From an uncultured Enterobacteriaceae bacterium (lineage in GTDB: Bacteria > Pseudomonadota > Gammaproteobacteria > Burkholderiales > SG8-39): a stretch of 64,000 bases of DNA. The position numbers were made by a program, and so were the translations under genes. The notes beneath the pieces were generated by a model. It was not told the origin of the DNA, made no database searches, and was given only the letters and a program-made list of their open reading frames with translations. The DNA lies in assembly GCA_964651335.1 (NCBI GenBank), contig CAZYVT010000007.1, positions 24,893-88,892 of the forward strand, in the 5' to 3' direction. This document shows, piece by piece, positions 39,509 through 48,791 of the stretch (its first letter is position 1; each line of letters opens with the position of its first letter).

Positions 39509-41410
39509 CTACGCGCCCGCCTCGCTGCGGAGGCGTGCAGTGAACGACTCGAGCGCCATGGCCCCGAGATCTTCACCGCCGCGCGTACGCACGGCCACCG
39601 TTCCGGCCTGCATCTCCTTCGCCCCCACGATCAGCTGGTACGGGAGCTTTTGCAGGCTATGTTCTCGAATCTTATAGGAGATTTTTTCGTTCCGCAAATC
39701 TGCAGAGGCGCGGAAGCCGGCCTGCCGCAGGCGTTCCGCGACATCCGCCGCGTAGGTCGCCTGATGCTCCGAAATGTTCAGCACCACCACCTGCTCGGGC
39801 GCGAGCCACAGCGGGAATGCACCGGCGTAATGCTCGATCAGAATGCCGATGAAGCGCTCCATCGAGCCGACGATCGCACGATGCAGCATCACCGGAGTGT
39901 GGCGCCTGTTGTCCTCGGCGACATACTCCGCACCGAGAAGTCCCGGCATGCTGAAATCCACCTGCATGGTGCCGCATTGCCATGAGCGGCCGAGGCTATC
40001 CTTCAAATGGTATTCAATCTTGGGCCCGTAGAATGCGCCTTCGCCCGACAATACCGAAAACTCCACGCCGGACCGACGAAGGGCATCCATGAGCGCGCTC
40101 TCCGCCTTGTCCCAGACCTCGTCGGAGCCGATGCGCTTTTCCGGCCGCGTCGCGGCCTTGTAGATGATGTCGCTGAAACCAAAGCGCGCATACACCTTCT
40201 GCAGCAGCGCGGTGTAGTTCACGCATTCGTCGAGGACCTGATCCTCGGTGCAGAAGATGTGCCCGTCGTCCTGCACGAATCCGCGCACGCGCAGCAGGCC
40301 GTGCAGCGCGCCGGAGGGCTCGTTGCGGTGGCACGACCCGAACTCGCCGTAGCGCAGCGGCAGATCGCGGTAGCTCCGCACGCCCTTGTTGTAGATCAGG
40401 ATGTGCCCGGGACAGTTCATCGGCTTGATCGCGTAGTCGCGATTCTCCGACGAGGTCGTGAACATGCTGTCGCGGAAGTTTTCCCAGTGCCCGGTGCGCC
40501 GCCACAGAGCCACGTCAAGAATTTGCGGCCCGCGCACCTCGCGGTAGCCGTTTTCGCGGTACACGCGCCGCATGTACTGTTCCACCTGCTGCCACAGGCT
40601 CCAGCCCTTCGGGTGCCAGAAGACCAGGCCCGGAGCCTCTTCCTGCATGTGGAACAGGTCGAGTTGCGTGCCGAGGCGGCGGTGATCGCGCTGTTCGGCC
40701 TCCTCGAGCATCTTCAGGTGCGCGTCGAGATCCTCCTTGTTCGCCCAGGCGGTGCCGTAGATCCGCTGCAGCATTTCGTTCTTCGAATCGCCGCGCCAGT
40801 ACGCGCCCGCCACGCGCATCAGCTTGAACGCCTTGATCTTGCCGGTCGATGGAACGTGCGGGCCCCGGCACAGGTCCGTGAAGTTGCCCTGCTCGTACAG
40901 CGAGATCGCATCGCCCTCCGGAATCGCGCTGATGATTTCGGCCTTGTACAGCTCGCCCTGGTCGAGGAAGAATTTCACCGCTTCAGCGCGCGCCATTTCC
41001 CTGCGCAACACCGGCAGATCGCGTCTTGCGATCTCGGTCATTCGCTGCTCGATCGCCCCGAGATCCTCTGGCGTGAACGGCCGCGGGTACGAGAAGTCGT
41101 AGTAGAAGCCGTTCTCGATCACCGGTCCGATGGTGACCTGCGCCTCGGGGAAGAGCTCCTTGACCGCGTGCGCCAGCAGGTGCGCGGCGGAGTGGCGCAG
41201 GACCTCTACACCCGCGGAATCCCTGTCGGTGACGATCGCGACATCGGCGTCGGACTCGATGCGGAAGTTCGTGTCGACCAGCTTGCCGTCCACCTTGCCG
41301 GCGAGCGCCGCGCGCGCCAGCCCTGCACCGATCGACGCGGCGACCTCCGCCACGGTTACTGGACCGGGGAAGCTTTTGACGGAACTGTCCGGAAGCTTGA
41401 TCTTCGGCAA
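39509..41410 (-). CDS. thrS: threonine--tRNA ligase
   Basis: 633 aa that aligns from residue 1 with E. coli ThrS (MPxIxLPDxS...). TTG start at 41410. Confidence 0.95.
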   Translation of the reverse strand: MPKIKLPDSSVKSFPGPVTVAEVAASIGAGLARAALAGKVDGKLVDTNFRIESDADVAIVTDRDSAGVEVLRHSAAHLLAHAVKELFPEAQVTIGPVIENGFYYDFSYPRPFTPEDLGAIEQRMTEIARRDLPVLRREMARAEAVKFFLDQGELYKAEIISAIPEGDAISLYEQGNFTDLCRGPHVPSTGKIKAFKLMRVAGAYWRGDSKNEMLQRIYGTAWANKEDLDAHLKMLEEAEQRDHRRLGTQLDLFHMQEEAPGLVFWHPKGWSLWQQVEQYMRRVYRENGYREVRGPQILDVALWRRTGHWENFRDSMFTTSSENRDYAIKPMNCPGHILIYNKGVRSYRDLPLRYGEFGSCHRNEPSGALHGLLRVRGFVQDDGHIFCTEDQVLDECVNYTALLQKVYARFGFSDIIYKAATRPEKRIGSDEVWDKAESALMDALRRSGVEFSVLSGEGAFYGPKIEYHLKDSLGRSWQCGTMQVDFSMPGLLGAEYVAEDNRRHTPVMLHRAIVGSMERFIGILIEHYAGAFPLWLAPEQVVVLNISEHQATYAADVAERLRQAGFRASADLRNEKISYKIREHSLQKLPYQLIVGAKEMQAGTVAVRTRGGEDLGAMALESFTARLRSEAGA

Positions 41411-41417
41411 GAGGTTC

Positions 41418-41462
41418 TGGTAGGCGCGATTGGACTCGAACCAACGACCCCTACCATGTCAA
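41418..41462 (-). repeat. 45-nt duplicate of the 3' half of tRNA-Val (att-type direct repeat, island distal end)
   Basis: TGGTAGGCGCGATTGGACTCGAACCAACGACCCCTACCATGTCAA is identical to 47049-47093. The sequences differ on both sides of the repeat. Confidence 0.9.
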
Positions 41463-41601
41463 TCTCGCAGCTGGCAATGCGGTCGTTCCGAATCAATATT
41501 TTACGCTACCCGGTTCCGTGGCGGAACGACCGTAGACGCCAGAACCTGACACGATTGGCCTCAAACGTGTACCCACCCAGGGCAGCACCGATCTCGCGCA
41601 T

Positions 41602-41808
41602 TCAGGCCGGAGCGCGCTCCCGGCGCGGCGCGTTTTGCACCAGGTAGTCGAGGATTTCTCCCTGCATGCGCTCGATCTCAAGGCGATAGCCCGAACTCAA
41701 CGCCGACCATTCCTCCGGCCGCGCCGTGTTGCGCAGCGTCTCAAGCGTGTGCTCTAGCTTAGCGAGGCGCTCGCGCGACACCGCCAGCTCCTGCTCGTTA
41801 CGTATCAC
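41602..41808 (-). CDS. small hypothetical helical protein (68 aa), antitoxin-like N-terminal pattern
   Basis: GTG start. MIRNEQELAVSRERLAKLEHTLETLRN... suggests a coiled coil. A short upstream ORF remnant overlaps its start at a GTGA. Confidence 0.4.
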   Translation of the reverse strand: MIRNEQELAVSRERLAKLEHTLETLRNTARPEEWSALSSGYRLEIERMQGEILDYLVQNAPRRERAPA

Positions 41809-42250
41809 GGCATGACCTCCAATAATCCGCGCCTGGTTCCATCGCGCTTAGTTTGCCATGTCTCGAGGAACTCCTGCATATCGGCCTCCAGGAGCATGCC
41901 TTGGCGTATCCAGAACACGCTCGCCCCGAATCGCGCCTCCCCCGACGAGGGCAAAGCTGGGCACTCTTGGCTACTCAGGATACCGTTGAGTTAGCAGTTT
42001 GCCGATGAATGGCCGGTTTCTTCCAGGAGCGACAGGCAGGGTTCGGCCAAAAGCAACGGTCATTCGCTACCCCTTAACCTTGGTGAACGGCGGGCCAGCG
42101 CGATGCTCGCCGATGGCACGACGCTGGCGGCCCATCCGTTCCACCTAAAGTTAAAACTCATTGTTCCGCCACCTCGCGGGTTTTCTTCAGAAGTCGCAGC
42201 GCCAAGGGCTCATTCGCGAGGTATCGGCAACAATCAGAAATTCAGACGCG

Positions 42251-42853
42251 CTATTGGCTGGAAGGAATGCTTAGCACGGCTTGCTCAACCACCTGCAGCA
42301 ACTTCTTCCGACTCACTCCGACCTTCGCCATGACACCCAACCCCGTCATCACTGTTGCAAAGTAGTGAGAGAGGACCGCCGGATCAACGCTCCCTGGTAA
42401 CGTGCCAGCGGCACAATCCGCCCGAAACCTATCCCGCAGCAAGGCAACGGAGTTCTCCACGGACGCCGTCAGCGCCTCGCCTATTTTCTTTGGCATCGCC
42501 ACTGACCCGCAACCGGTCGCACCATTGACGACGAAACATCCAGCCGGAAGCTTGGGCGATGTGAGCATACTGACCACCGATACCAAAAAAGAACGCACAG
42601 CCTTGCGCGGATCAGGATCCGCATCAAGCGCCGCCTTGTGCTGAGCACCTTGCTGCGCACCATAGAGGTTCAGAGCGTGCAGGTACAACGAAGCCTTGTC
42701 GCCGAACGCGGCGTAGAGGCTGGGCTTGTTGATTCCCATCGCCTCGGTGAGGTCGGCCATCGACGACCCCTGATAACCATTGCGCCAGAAGATTTCTAGC
42801 GCTTTCGCCAAGGCTTCGTCCTTGTCGAAGGTACGTGGGCGTCCTTTCTCCAT
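42251..42853 (-). CDS. TetR/AcrR family transcriptional regulator
   Basis: MEKGRPRTFDKDEALAKALEIFWRNGYQGSSMADLTEAMGINKPSLYAAFGDK is the canonical TetR HTH. It is divergent from the MBL gene. Confidence 0.85.
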   Translation of the reverse strand: MEKGRPRTFDKDEALAKALEIFWRNGYQGSSMADLTEAMGINKPSLYAAFGDKASLYLHALNLYGAQQGAQHKAALDADPDPRKAVRSFLVSVVSMLTSPKLPAGCFVVNGATGCGSVAMPKKIGEALTASVENSVALLRDRFRADCAAGTLPGSVDPAVLSHYFATVMTGLGVMAKVGVSRKKLLQVVEQAVLSIPSSQ

Positions 42854-42972
42854 TTTTTGCCCCTTGCAGAAAGCTGTTGACATTAATTGTACCACTCGGT
42901 ATAGTTTGTACCGCCCGGTACAGATATGCCGCTTCCAGTCCCGTTTTCCAACTCCTCAAAAGGGGTCACAAA

Positions 42973-44118
42973 ATGAAAGAAATGTTCTCGCCTAACAGAA
43001 GCGGCTTACATGCTTTGGTACGGAATCGCCTCGTCACTCTTGCTTCAATTTCACTACTTGCCATTGGCATGCAAGGTGTGACGGCTGCATCTGTGAAAGC
43101 TGCTGAAATCAAGGGCACCCAGCCGACGGCCTGGGGACCATCGTATCCCAACATGCCGGAAATTGTGCCGCCAAATGTCCGCGCATCCGAATATGCCGCA
43201 GTCCCGGAAAAGGATGTTCCGCCTATCGACGCTGAAAAAGGGTACCGCGTAGAGAGCTTCGGTGGCGGAGTCTATATGGTTACCGAGGGCGCATATCAAA
43301 TGATGCTGGTGGTGTCGGATGCTGGAGTCATTGTTGTGGACGCACCGCCAACCATAGGGCCCAAGATTCTGAAAGCAGTTCAGGATGTTGCGCCAAAGAA
43401 GAAAATCGCGGCTCTCATATACAGCCACGCGCATATCGATCACATCGGATTTGCCGGTGAAATAGTCAAAACCAATCCGACCATGAAAATTATCGCCCAC
43501 GACGAAACGAAGAAGATTCTTGTACGGGCGAACGATCCAACCCGTCCACTACCAACGCTGACGTTCAAGAGTCAGGACAAGAATTACCCGTTCAGAATAG
43601 GAAATCAAACACTACAGCTCCAGTATCCTGGCCCAAATCACGTGGCTGGCAATATCGGGATTTACCATTCAGAACAAAAGGTGTTGATGCTGGTGGACGT
43701 AATATTTCCGGGCTGGATGATGTGGCGGCGCTTTGCCGTGTCTCAGGATATTCCGGGCTACTTCAATGTGGTGAAGACACTTAACGCACGGTGGGACTAC
43801 AAAGCCCTGATTGCCGGACACGTTGGGAGAACTGGAACACGATCGGATGCTGATGCACAGCTCGAATTTATGACGGATCTGCACGATGCAGCGTATGAAG
43901 GACTCACGACCATAAAACCGGGTACAACTGTCAATCCGAAGAATGGAAATAACCCGTGGGCGTTTTTCAGAGACTATATCGATCAGGTAACAAATCACTG
44001 TGTCAACAAAGTCAGTCCCAAGTGGGCTTCTCGACTTGCGGCGTTCGATGTGTGGATCTACGATCAATGTGCAGCAATGGAGCAAAGTCTTCGGATCGAT
44101 GGGCCAAGCCTGAAATAG
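42973..44118 (+). CDS. MBL-fold metallo-hydrolase, secreted
   Basis: Start at MKEMFSPNRSG with a signal-like LASISLLAIGMQGVTAASVKA. HxHxDH motif YSHAHIDHIG, with His residues later in the protein. Confidence 0.8.
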   Translation: MKEMFSPNRSGLHALVRNRLVTLASISLLAIGMQGVTAASVKAAEIKGTQPTAWGPSYPNMPEIVPPNVRASEYAAVPEKDVPPIDAEKGYRVESFGGGVYMVTEGAYQMMLVVSDAGVIVVDAPPTIGPKILKAVQDVAPKKKIAALIYSHAHIDHIGFAGEIVKTNPTMKIIAHDETKKILVRANDPTRPLPTLTFKSQDKNYPFRIGNQTLQLQYPGPNHVAGNIGIYHSEQKVLMLVDVIFPGWMMWRRFAVSQDIPGYFNVVKTLNARWDYKALIAGHVGRTGTRSDADAQLEFMTDLHDAAYEGLTTIKPGTTVNPKNGNNPWAFFRDYIDQVTNHCVNKVSPKWASRLAAFDVWIYDQCAAMEQSLRIDGPSLK

Positions 44119-44287
44119 CTTTGGCGATTCACACCTCTCCAACGCTCGGACCGCCGATGCCGTTCGAGGTCTACAATAAAATGTCCGATGACGACGCCCG
44201 AGAGGCGCGCCGGTGGGCATCAAGACTCAGGCCGCGACCCGATAACTGAAGCTTGACGTAACGCTGCAAAGCGAAGAGGAGAAAACC

Positions 44288-45196
44288 ATGAATCGTCGGC
44301 GCATCGAATTTCGAACTACATTTTTGTTGCTCGTCGGTCTGACAATCCTGGGATGTTCGGACAATAAACAGACCGGCGCGTCAACCGGGCGCCTGCTCGG
44401 CGCCAACTCCAGCGTGGGTAAAGGGACGGTGAGCAGCTACGCCGAGTTTGACAAGAGCGGCGCACCCAAGGCAATCGGCATCGTTTTTCATGCGGGAGCG
44501 TTGGACGGGCTTCCCAGTGCACCTTCCGACGGGCATCACTGCTTTGACCAGAACAAGGATGAGAAGATTGACTTGGAGAAAGAGTGCTTCGGCGCCCACG
44601 AGTGGGTCATCCCGCTGCCCAGCGAGGCGGCTCGGCGTGCAGAGATTCCGTTCAAATGGGCGGGTTTGAACTGGAACCCGCATGGACATATCCCGCCCGG
44701 GGTGTATGACCTGCCTCATTTCGACGTCCACTTTTACATCGAGCCGATCGAGAATATCTTTGCCATCGCACCGGGTCCCTGCGGCCCTGATAATGTGCGC
44801 TGCGACCAGTTCAAGCTTGCGACCAAGCCGCTGCCGTCCAACTACATGCACGCCGACTTCAAGAGCGTGGATGCGGTGGCTCCGGCGATGGGCGATCACC
44901 TGGTCGACCTGACGAGCCCCGAATTCAACAAGAAGAAGTTCACGCAAACCTGGATCTACGGCGCCTATGACGGTCGCGTCACGTTCTACGAGGAGATGTT
45001 GACGCTCGAGTACTTGTTGAGCCAGCCGGCCACGTGCTTTCCGCTCAAGTCGCCGCCAGCCGTGGGCGTCAGGGGTTACTATCCCACCCAGCACTGTATC
45101 CGCTACCTCGCCCAGGCCAACGAGTACACCGTCTCAATGGAAAATTTCGCGCTGCGTGAAGCCAGCGCTCCCGAAGCTCCCCGAACTGAGCGTTGA
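44288..45196 (+). CDS. hypothetical lipoprotein
   Basis: FLLLVGLTILGCSDNKQ lipobox. 302 aa with an HFDVHFY motif. Family not recognised. Confidence 0.55.
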   Translation: MNRRRIEFRTTFLLLVGLTILGCSDNKQTGASTGRLLGANSSVGKGTVSSYAEFDKSGAPKAIGIVFHAGALDGLPSAPSDGHHCFDQNKDEKIDLEKECFGAHEWVIPLPSEAARRAEIPFKWAGLNWNPHGHIPPGVYDLPHFDVHFYIEPIENIFAIAPGPCGPDNVRCDQFKLATKPLPSNYMHADFKSVDAVAPAMGDHLVDLTSPEFNKKKFTQTWIYGAYDGRVTFYEEMLTLEYLLSQPATCFPLKSPPAVGVRGYYPTQHCIRYLAQANEYTVSMENFALREASAPEAPRTER

Positions 45197-45417
45197 TATG
45201 CGGAGGTGGGGTTTCCAGGCAGGCATGCCCATGGTCGGCTATATCGTCGGCTGGTCGCTTGTAGCGGCCGCCTTCGTGAATGTGAGGACGGGTTTTGTAT
45301 ACCCTCGTTCATTGTTCGGATGTTCTTCGGTTAAGGTGGTCTGTGAGTAATTTATGAGCCTAACCAAGCCTAACCAGTAAGCGGATATCCTTCCATCATT
45401 TGAGAGGAGCGCGGCAC

Positions 45418-46368
45418 TTGTCGGAGAAAAAGGTCATCGCAATCATCGGAGCCACGGGTGCGCAGGGGGGAGGGCTCGTCCGCGCGATCCACGCCGATCG
45501 CGAGGGTCCATTTGTCGCGCGGGCACTCACGCGCAAGCTCGAGTCGGAAAAAGCCCGGGCGCTCGTCAAGCTTGGCGTAGAAGTCGTGGCAGGCGACGCC
45601 GACGATCCGCCAAGCCTAAACCGGGTGTTCGCCGGGGCGTACGGCGCCTACTGCGTCACCAACTTCTGGGAGCACTTCTCGGCGGAACGGGAGGGCGCCC
45701 AGGCCACGGCGATGGCTCGGGCAAGTCGGAAGGCCGGCGTCCAGCACGTCATCTGGTCGACACTCGAGGACACGCGCAAGTGGGTGCCCCTCGACGATGG
45801 CCGGTTGCCGACGCTTCAGGGCAAGTACAAGGTGCCGCACTTCGACTCCAAGGGTTCGGTGGATCGCGTTTTTGCCGAGGAGGCAGGGCCGACCACGTAC
45901 CTTCTCGGCTCATTCTACTGGGAGAATTTCATCTACTTCGGCATGGGGCCGCGGAAGGGGCCCGACGGAGACCTCGTACTCGCGCTGCCGCTCGGGGGCG
46001 TCAAGCTTCCAGGCATCGCAGCCGAGGACATCGGCAAGTGCGCCTATGGTCTGTTCCGTCGCGGCACCGGCACGGTCGGCCAGCGGTTCGGCATCGCCGG
46101 TGAGGTCCTGTCCGGCCCGGAAATGGCGGCGAAGATGGGGCGCGCCCTCGGGCGCAACGTCAGCTTCAATGACGTGCCGTTCGATGTCTACCGCGGCCTG
46201 GGCTTCCCCGGCGCGGAAGATCTCGGCAACATGTTTCAGTTCCAGGCCATTCTCGGCGATGAGTTCCTCCGTAGCCGCGACCCCGAGCGCTCACGCTCGC
46301 TGAACCCGGAGCTGCTCTCGTTCGACGCCTGGCTCGGCGCCAACATTGCTCGCATCCCGATCGGGTAA
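45418..46368 (+). CDS. NmrA-family NAD(P)-binding protein
   Basis: KVIAIIGATGAQGGGLVRA is a Rossmann motif. TTG at 45418 is preceded by GAGGAG. The track start is TTG 45400, in the same frame. Confidence 0.8.
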   Translation: MSEKKVIAIIGATGAQGGGLVRAIHADREGPFVARALTRKLESEKARALVKLGVEVVAGDADDPPSLNRVFAGAYGAYCVTNFWEHFSAEREGAQATAMARASRKAGVQHVIWSTLEDTRKWVPLDDGRLPTLQGKYKVPHFDSKGSVDRVFAEEAGPTTYLLGSFYWENFIYFGMGPRKGPDGDLVLALPLGGVKLPGIAAEDIGKCAYGLFRRGTGTVGQRFGIAGEVLSGPEMAAKMGRALGRNVSFNDVPFDVYRGLGFPGAEDLGNMFQFQAILGDEFLRSRDPERSRSLNPELLSFDAWLGANIARIPIG

Positions 46369-46432
46369 GGTCGGGGAGAGGCATCTCAAACTCACCGTGC
46401 CACACTGGTGGCCCTGGCGTTCGACAGCCTAG

Positions 46433-47035
46433 GCACCAAACCCGGACCTGACGCGGGAGCAGTTCGTTGCGCTCGTGGGCGCCGCAACCGAACAGAAACG
46501 CGCGCCCTATCTCGCGGACCTGATTACCGTCGCCGTGATGACCGGGTGCCGTCGGGGCGAGCTTCTCGGGCTGGAGTGGTCTCGGGTTGGTCTCGAAGCT
46601 AACACGATCCGCCTTGGCGCATCGGATACCAAGGCGGGTAAGGCGCGGTTGGTGGCGATCAACCAGGCGGCACGGGAAGCGCTGCTGCGGCGAAGCGAGT
46701 ACCGGGCGAAGCATTGTCCGGACACTACCTGGGTATTCTGTGGGCGCCAGGGCAAACGCATAGCGGGAATCAAGACGTGCTTCCGCCGTGCGTGTAAAAA
46801 CGCCGAGCTGGTCGGCGTGCAATTCCACGATCTGCGGCATACGTGCGGATTGTGGCTAGCGCAGGCGGGCGTGCCGCAAAGCCATATCGCGGAGGTGCTG
46901 GGTCATAGCACCTTGCGCATGACGGAGCGGTACACGCACATGGCGCCGGTGACGGCTCGGGCTGCGGTAGAGAAGCTGGAGGGGGTACCCAAAATGGTAC
47001 CCACTGGACCAGCGGAGGAAGTTGCAGCGTTGTAA
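46433..47035 (+). pseudogene. truncated tyrosine recombinase/integrase (C-terminal catalytic domain only)
   Basis: TGCRRGELLGLEW...FHDLRHTCGLWLAQAGV...LGHSTLRMTERYTH carries the R...HxxR...Y catalytic residues. The frame is closed by TAG at 46430-46432, and only about 200 codons remain, with no N-terminal SAM-like or arm-binding domain. Confidence 0.75.
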
Positions 47036-47048
47036 CTGCTTGAAAGTT

Positions 47049-47125
47049 TGGTAGGCGCGATTGGACTCGAACCAACGACCCCTACCATGTCAAGGTAGTG
47101 CTCTAACCAGCTGAGCTACGCGCCT
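47049..47125 (-). tRNA. tRNA-Val (anticodon GAC)
   Basis: Reverse complement AGGCGCGTAGCTCAGCTGGTTAGAGCACTACCTTGACATGGTAGGGGTCGTTGGTTCGAGTCCAATCGCGCCTACCA. The anticodon loop is TTGACAT. Confidence 0.9.
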
Positions 47126-47147
47126 GAAAGCGGCGAATTCTACCGCA

Positions 47148-48671
47148 TCAGCCGCGGCCGAGCGCCGCCGCCTTCCTTTCCGACACCCCGCTCACCGCCA
47201 GCTTCATCCCGACTTCCTTCCAGTGGCCCGCTTCCGACTCGAGCGCATCGGAGGTGAGCGGATTGTCATCCAGCCACGCCTGCGGCAGCGCGAGCGCGAA
47301 TCCCGCCTGGTCCGTCGCGACGCGCAACAGCGGAATTTTTACGTCGGTGCGGCTGCGTGCGAAGAGCGTCGCGAGGCGCAGTGCGCAGACCAGAAGCCAA
47401 TCGCCGCCTTCCAGCCCGGCGTCCTGTACTTTGGTGAGTTTGCCGCGCTGCGCGAGCACGATGCGCGCCAGCCGCTGCTGCTCCATGCGCGAGAAGCCGG
47501 GCATGTCCGCGTTCGAAAGCACGTACGCGGAGTGCTTGTGGTATTGCGCGTGCGCGATCGAGAGCCCGATCTCTGCAAGCCGCGCCGCCCAGGCGAGCAT
47601 GAGCCGGTCGACGTCGTCTTCGCGCGCCTCTTCGGCACCCGAGATCAGCTCGTCGTAGATGCGCAGCGCGACGCCGCGCACGCGCTCGGTCTGCGCCGCG
47701 TCCACGCGGTAGCGCCGCATGAACTGCGCGACCGTGGCCTCGCGCATGTCCCTGTGCTGCACCCGTCCGAGCAGATCGTAGAGCACACCGTGCCGGAGCG
47801 CGCCTTCGGAAACGGTCGCCGATTCGATGCCGAGCTCGTCGAATACGGCGCCGAGAATCGCCACCCCTCCCGGAAGAACCGGCGCGCGGTTTTCGCGCAG
47901 GCCGGCGATCCGTCCGGGATCGGCCCATTCATGCTTGAGGAGGAGAGCGCGCAGCCGCTCCAGCCCCTCGCGTGTGATCCCCGATTCGGTCCAGCCGTTC
48001 TCGCGCAGGATCGCCTCGATCGCGCGCGCCGTTCCCGAGGAAGCGACCGCCTCCTGCCATCCGAACGCCCGGTATTCGCGCACCATGCCCGAGAGTTCCT
48101 GCCGCGCCGCGAGCTCCGCCGCCTTCATGCGCTGCTTGTCGATCCTGCCCTCCGGAAAGTGTCCGAGGCTCCAGCTCACGCAACCCATGTAGAGCGATTC
48201 AGTCAGCTTCGGCTCGAGGCCCGCGCCGATGATGAACTCGGTCGAGCCGCCGCCGATGTCGACCACGAGGCGCCCGTGCGCGGCCGGCGGCAATGAATGC
48301 GCCACGCCCAGATAGATCAGCCGCGCCTCCTCGCGCCCGGCGATGACCTCGATCGGAAAACCGAGCGCCACGCGCGCCTCGCGCAGGAACTGCGCCGCGT
48401 TCTTCGCGACACGCAGGGTGTTGGTTCCTACCGCGCGCACCGCCTGCCGCGGAAAGCCGCGAAGCCGCTCGCCAAAGCGCGCCAGCGTCTCGAGCGCACG
48501 CGCCTGCGTGGCGCGGTCGATGCGCTTTTCGGCGGTGAGGCCGGCGCCCAGGCGCACCGCTTCGCGCAGTGCGTCCAGCGGATAGATCTGGCCGTCCATG
48601 ACGCGGCCGACCTGCAGGTGAAAGCTGTTCGAACCGAGGTCAACCGCCGCAAGGAGATTGGGTCGGGTCAT
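47148..48671 (-). CDS. ppx: exopolyphosphatase (Ppx/GppA family)
   Basis: AAVDLGSNSFHLQV, DIGGGSTE, and a C-terminal HD-like region. 507 aa. Confidence 0.9.
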   Translation of the reverse strand: MTRPNLLAAVDLGSNSFHLQVGRVMDGQIYPLDALREAVRLGAGLTAEKRIDRATQARALETLARFGERLRGFPRQAVRAVGTNTLRVAKNAAQFLREARVALGFPIEVIAGREEARLIYLGVAHSLPPAAHGRLVVDIGGGSTEFIIGAGLEPKLTESLYMGCVSWSLGHFPEGRIDKQRMKAAELAARQELSGMVREYRAFGWQEAVASSGTARAIEAILRENGWTESGITREGLERLRALLLKHEWADPGRIAGLRENRAPVLPGGVAILGAVFDELGIESATVSEGALRHGVLYDLLGRVQHRDMREATVAQFMRRYRVDAAQTERVRGVALRIYDELISGAEEAREDDVDRLMLAWAARLAEIGLSIAHAQYHKHSAYVLSNADMPGFSRMEQQRLARIVLAQRGKLTKVQDAGLEGGDWLLVCALRLATLFARSRTDVKIPLLRVATDQAGFALALPQAWLDDNPLTSDALESEAGHWKEVGMKLAVSGVSERKAAALGRG

Positions 48672-48791
48672 GGTTGGCTCAAATTAACACCCCCGCCCCG
48701 CGACCGCAAACCCGCCCCTGTTCGCTGTAAAATAGGCGCAACAAGAGCCGTATACCCTAGCCCGGTTTGAGGCGCGCAAAGCGCTCCCGCA

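Larger units (their letters stand above)
41418..47093. mobile_element. degenerate tRNA-Val-integrated genomic island (~5.6 kb)
   Basis: It is bounded by perfect 45-nt direct repeats of the tRNA 3' half. A truncated tyrosine integrase sits next to the intact tRNA. GC is clearly lower across 42.2-45.4 kb by eye, and the cargo is unrelated to the flanking translation genes. Confidence 0.8.

Noticed and set aside
41812-41994. 60-aa plus-strand ORF at the island edge
   Set aside because: It has implausible composition, no SD, and lies in sequence that reads better as a decayed minus-strand frame.
42973-44118. Calling the island MBL-fold protein a metallo-beta-lactamase
   Set aside because: Only the generic HxHxDH motif is visible. 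The protein is about 380 aa, longer than B3 enzymes as I remember them, and I cannot verify the other zinc ligands or any phylogenetic placement without a search.
48672-48791. Possible Pho box in the divergent ppx/ppk intergenic region (CTGTTCGCTGTAAAAT)
   Set aside because: The two CTGT repeats are spaced 7 nt apart rather than the 11 nt of the CTGTCAT-N4-CTGTCAT consensus. The match is too weak to call.
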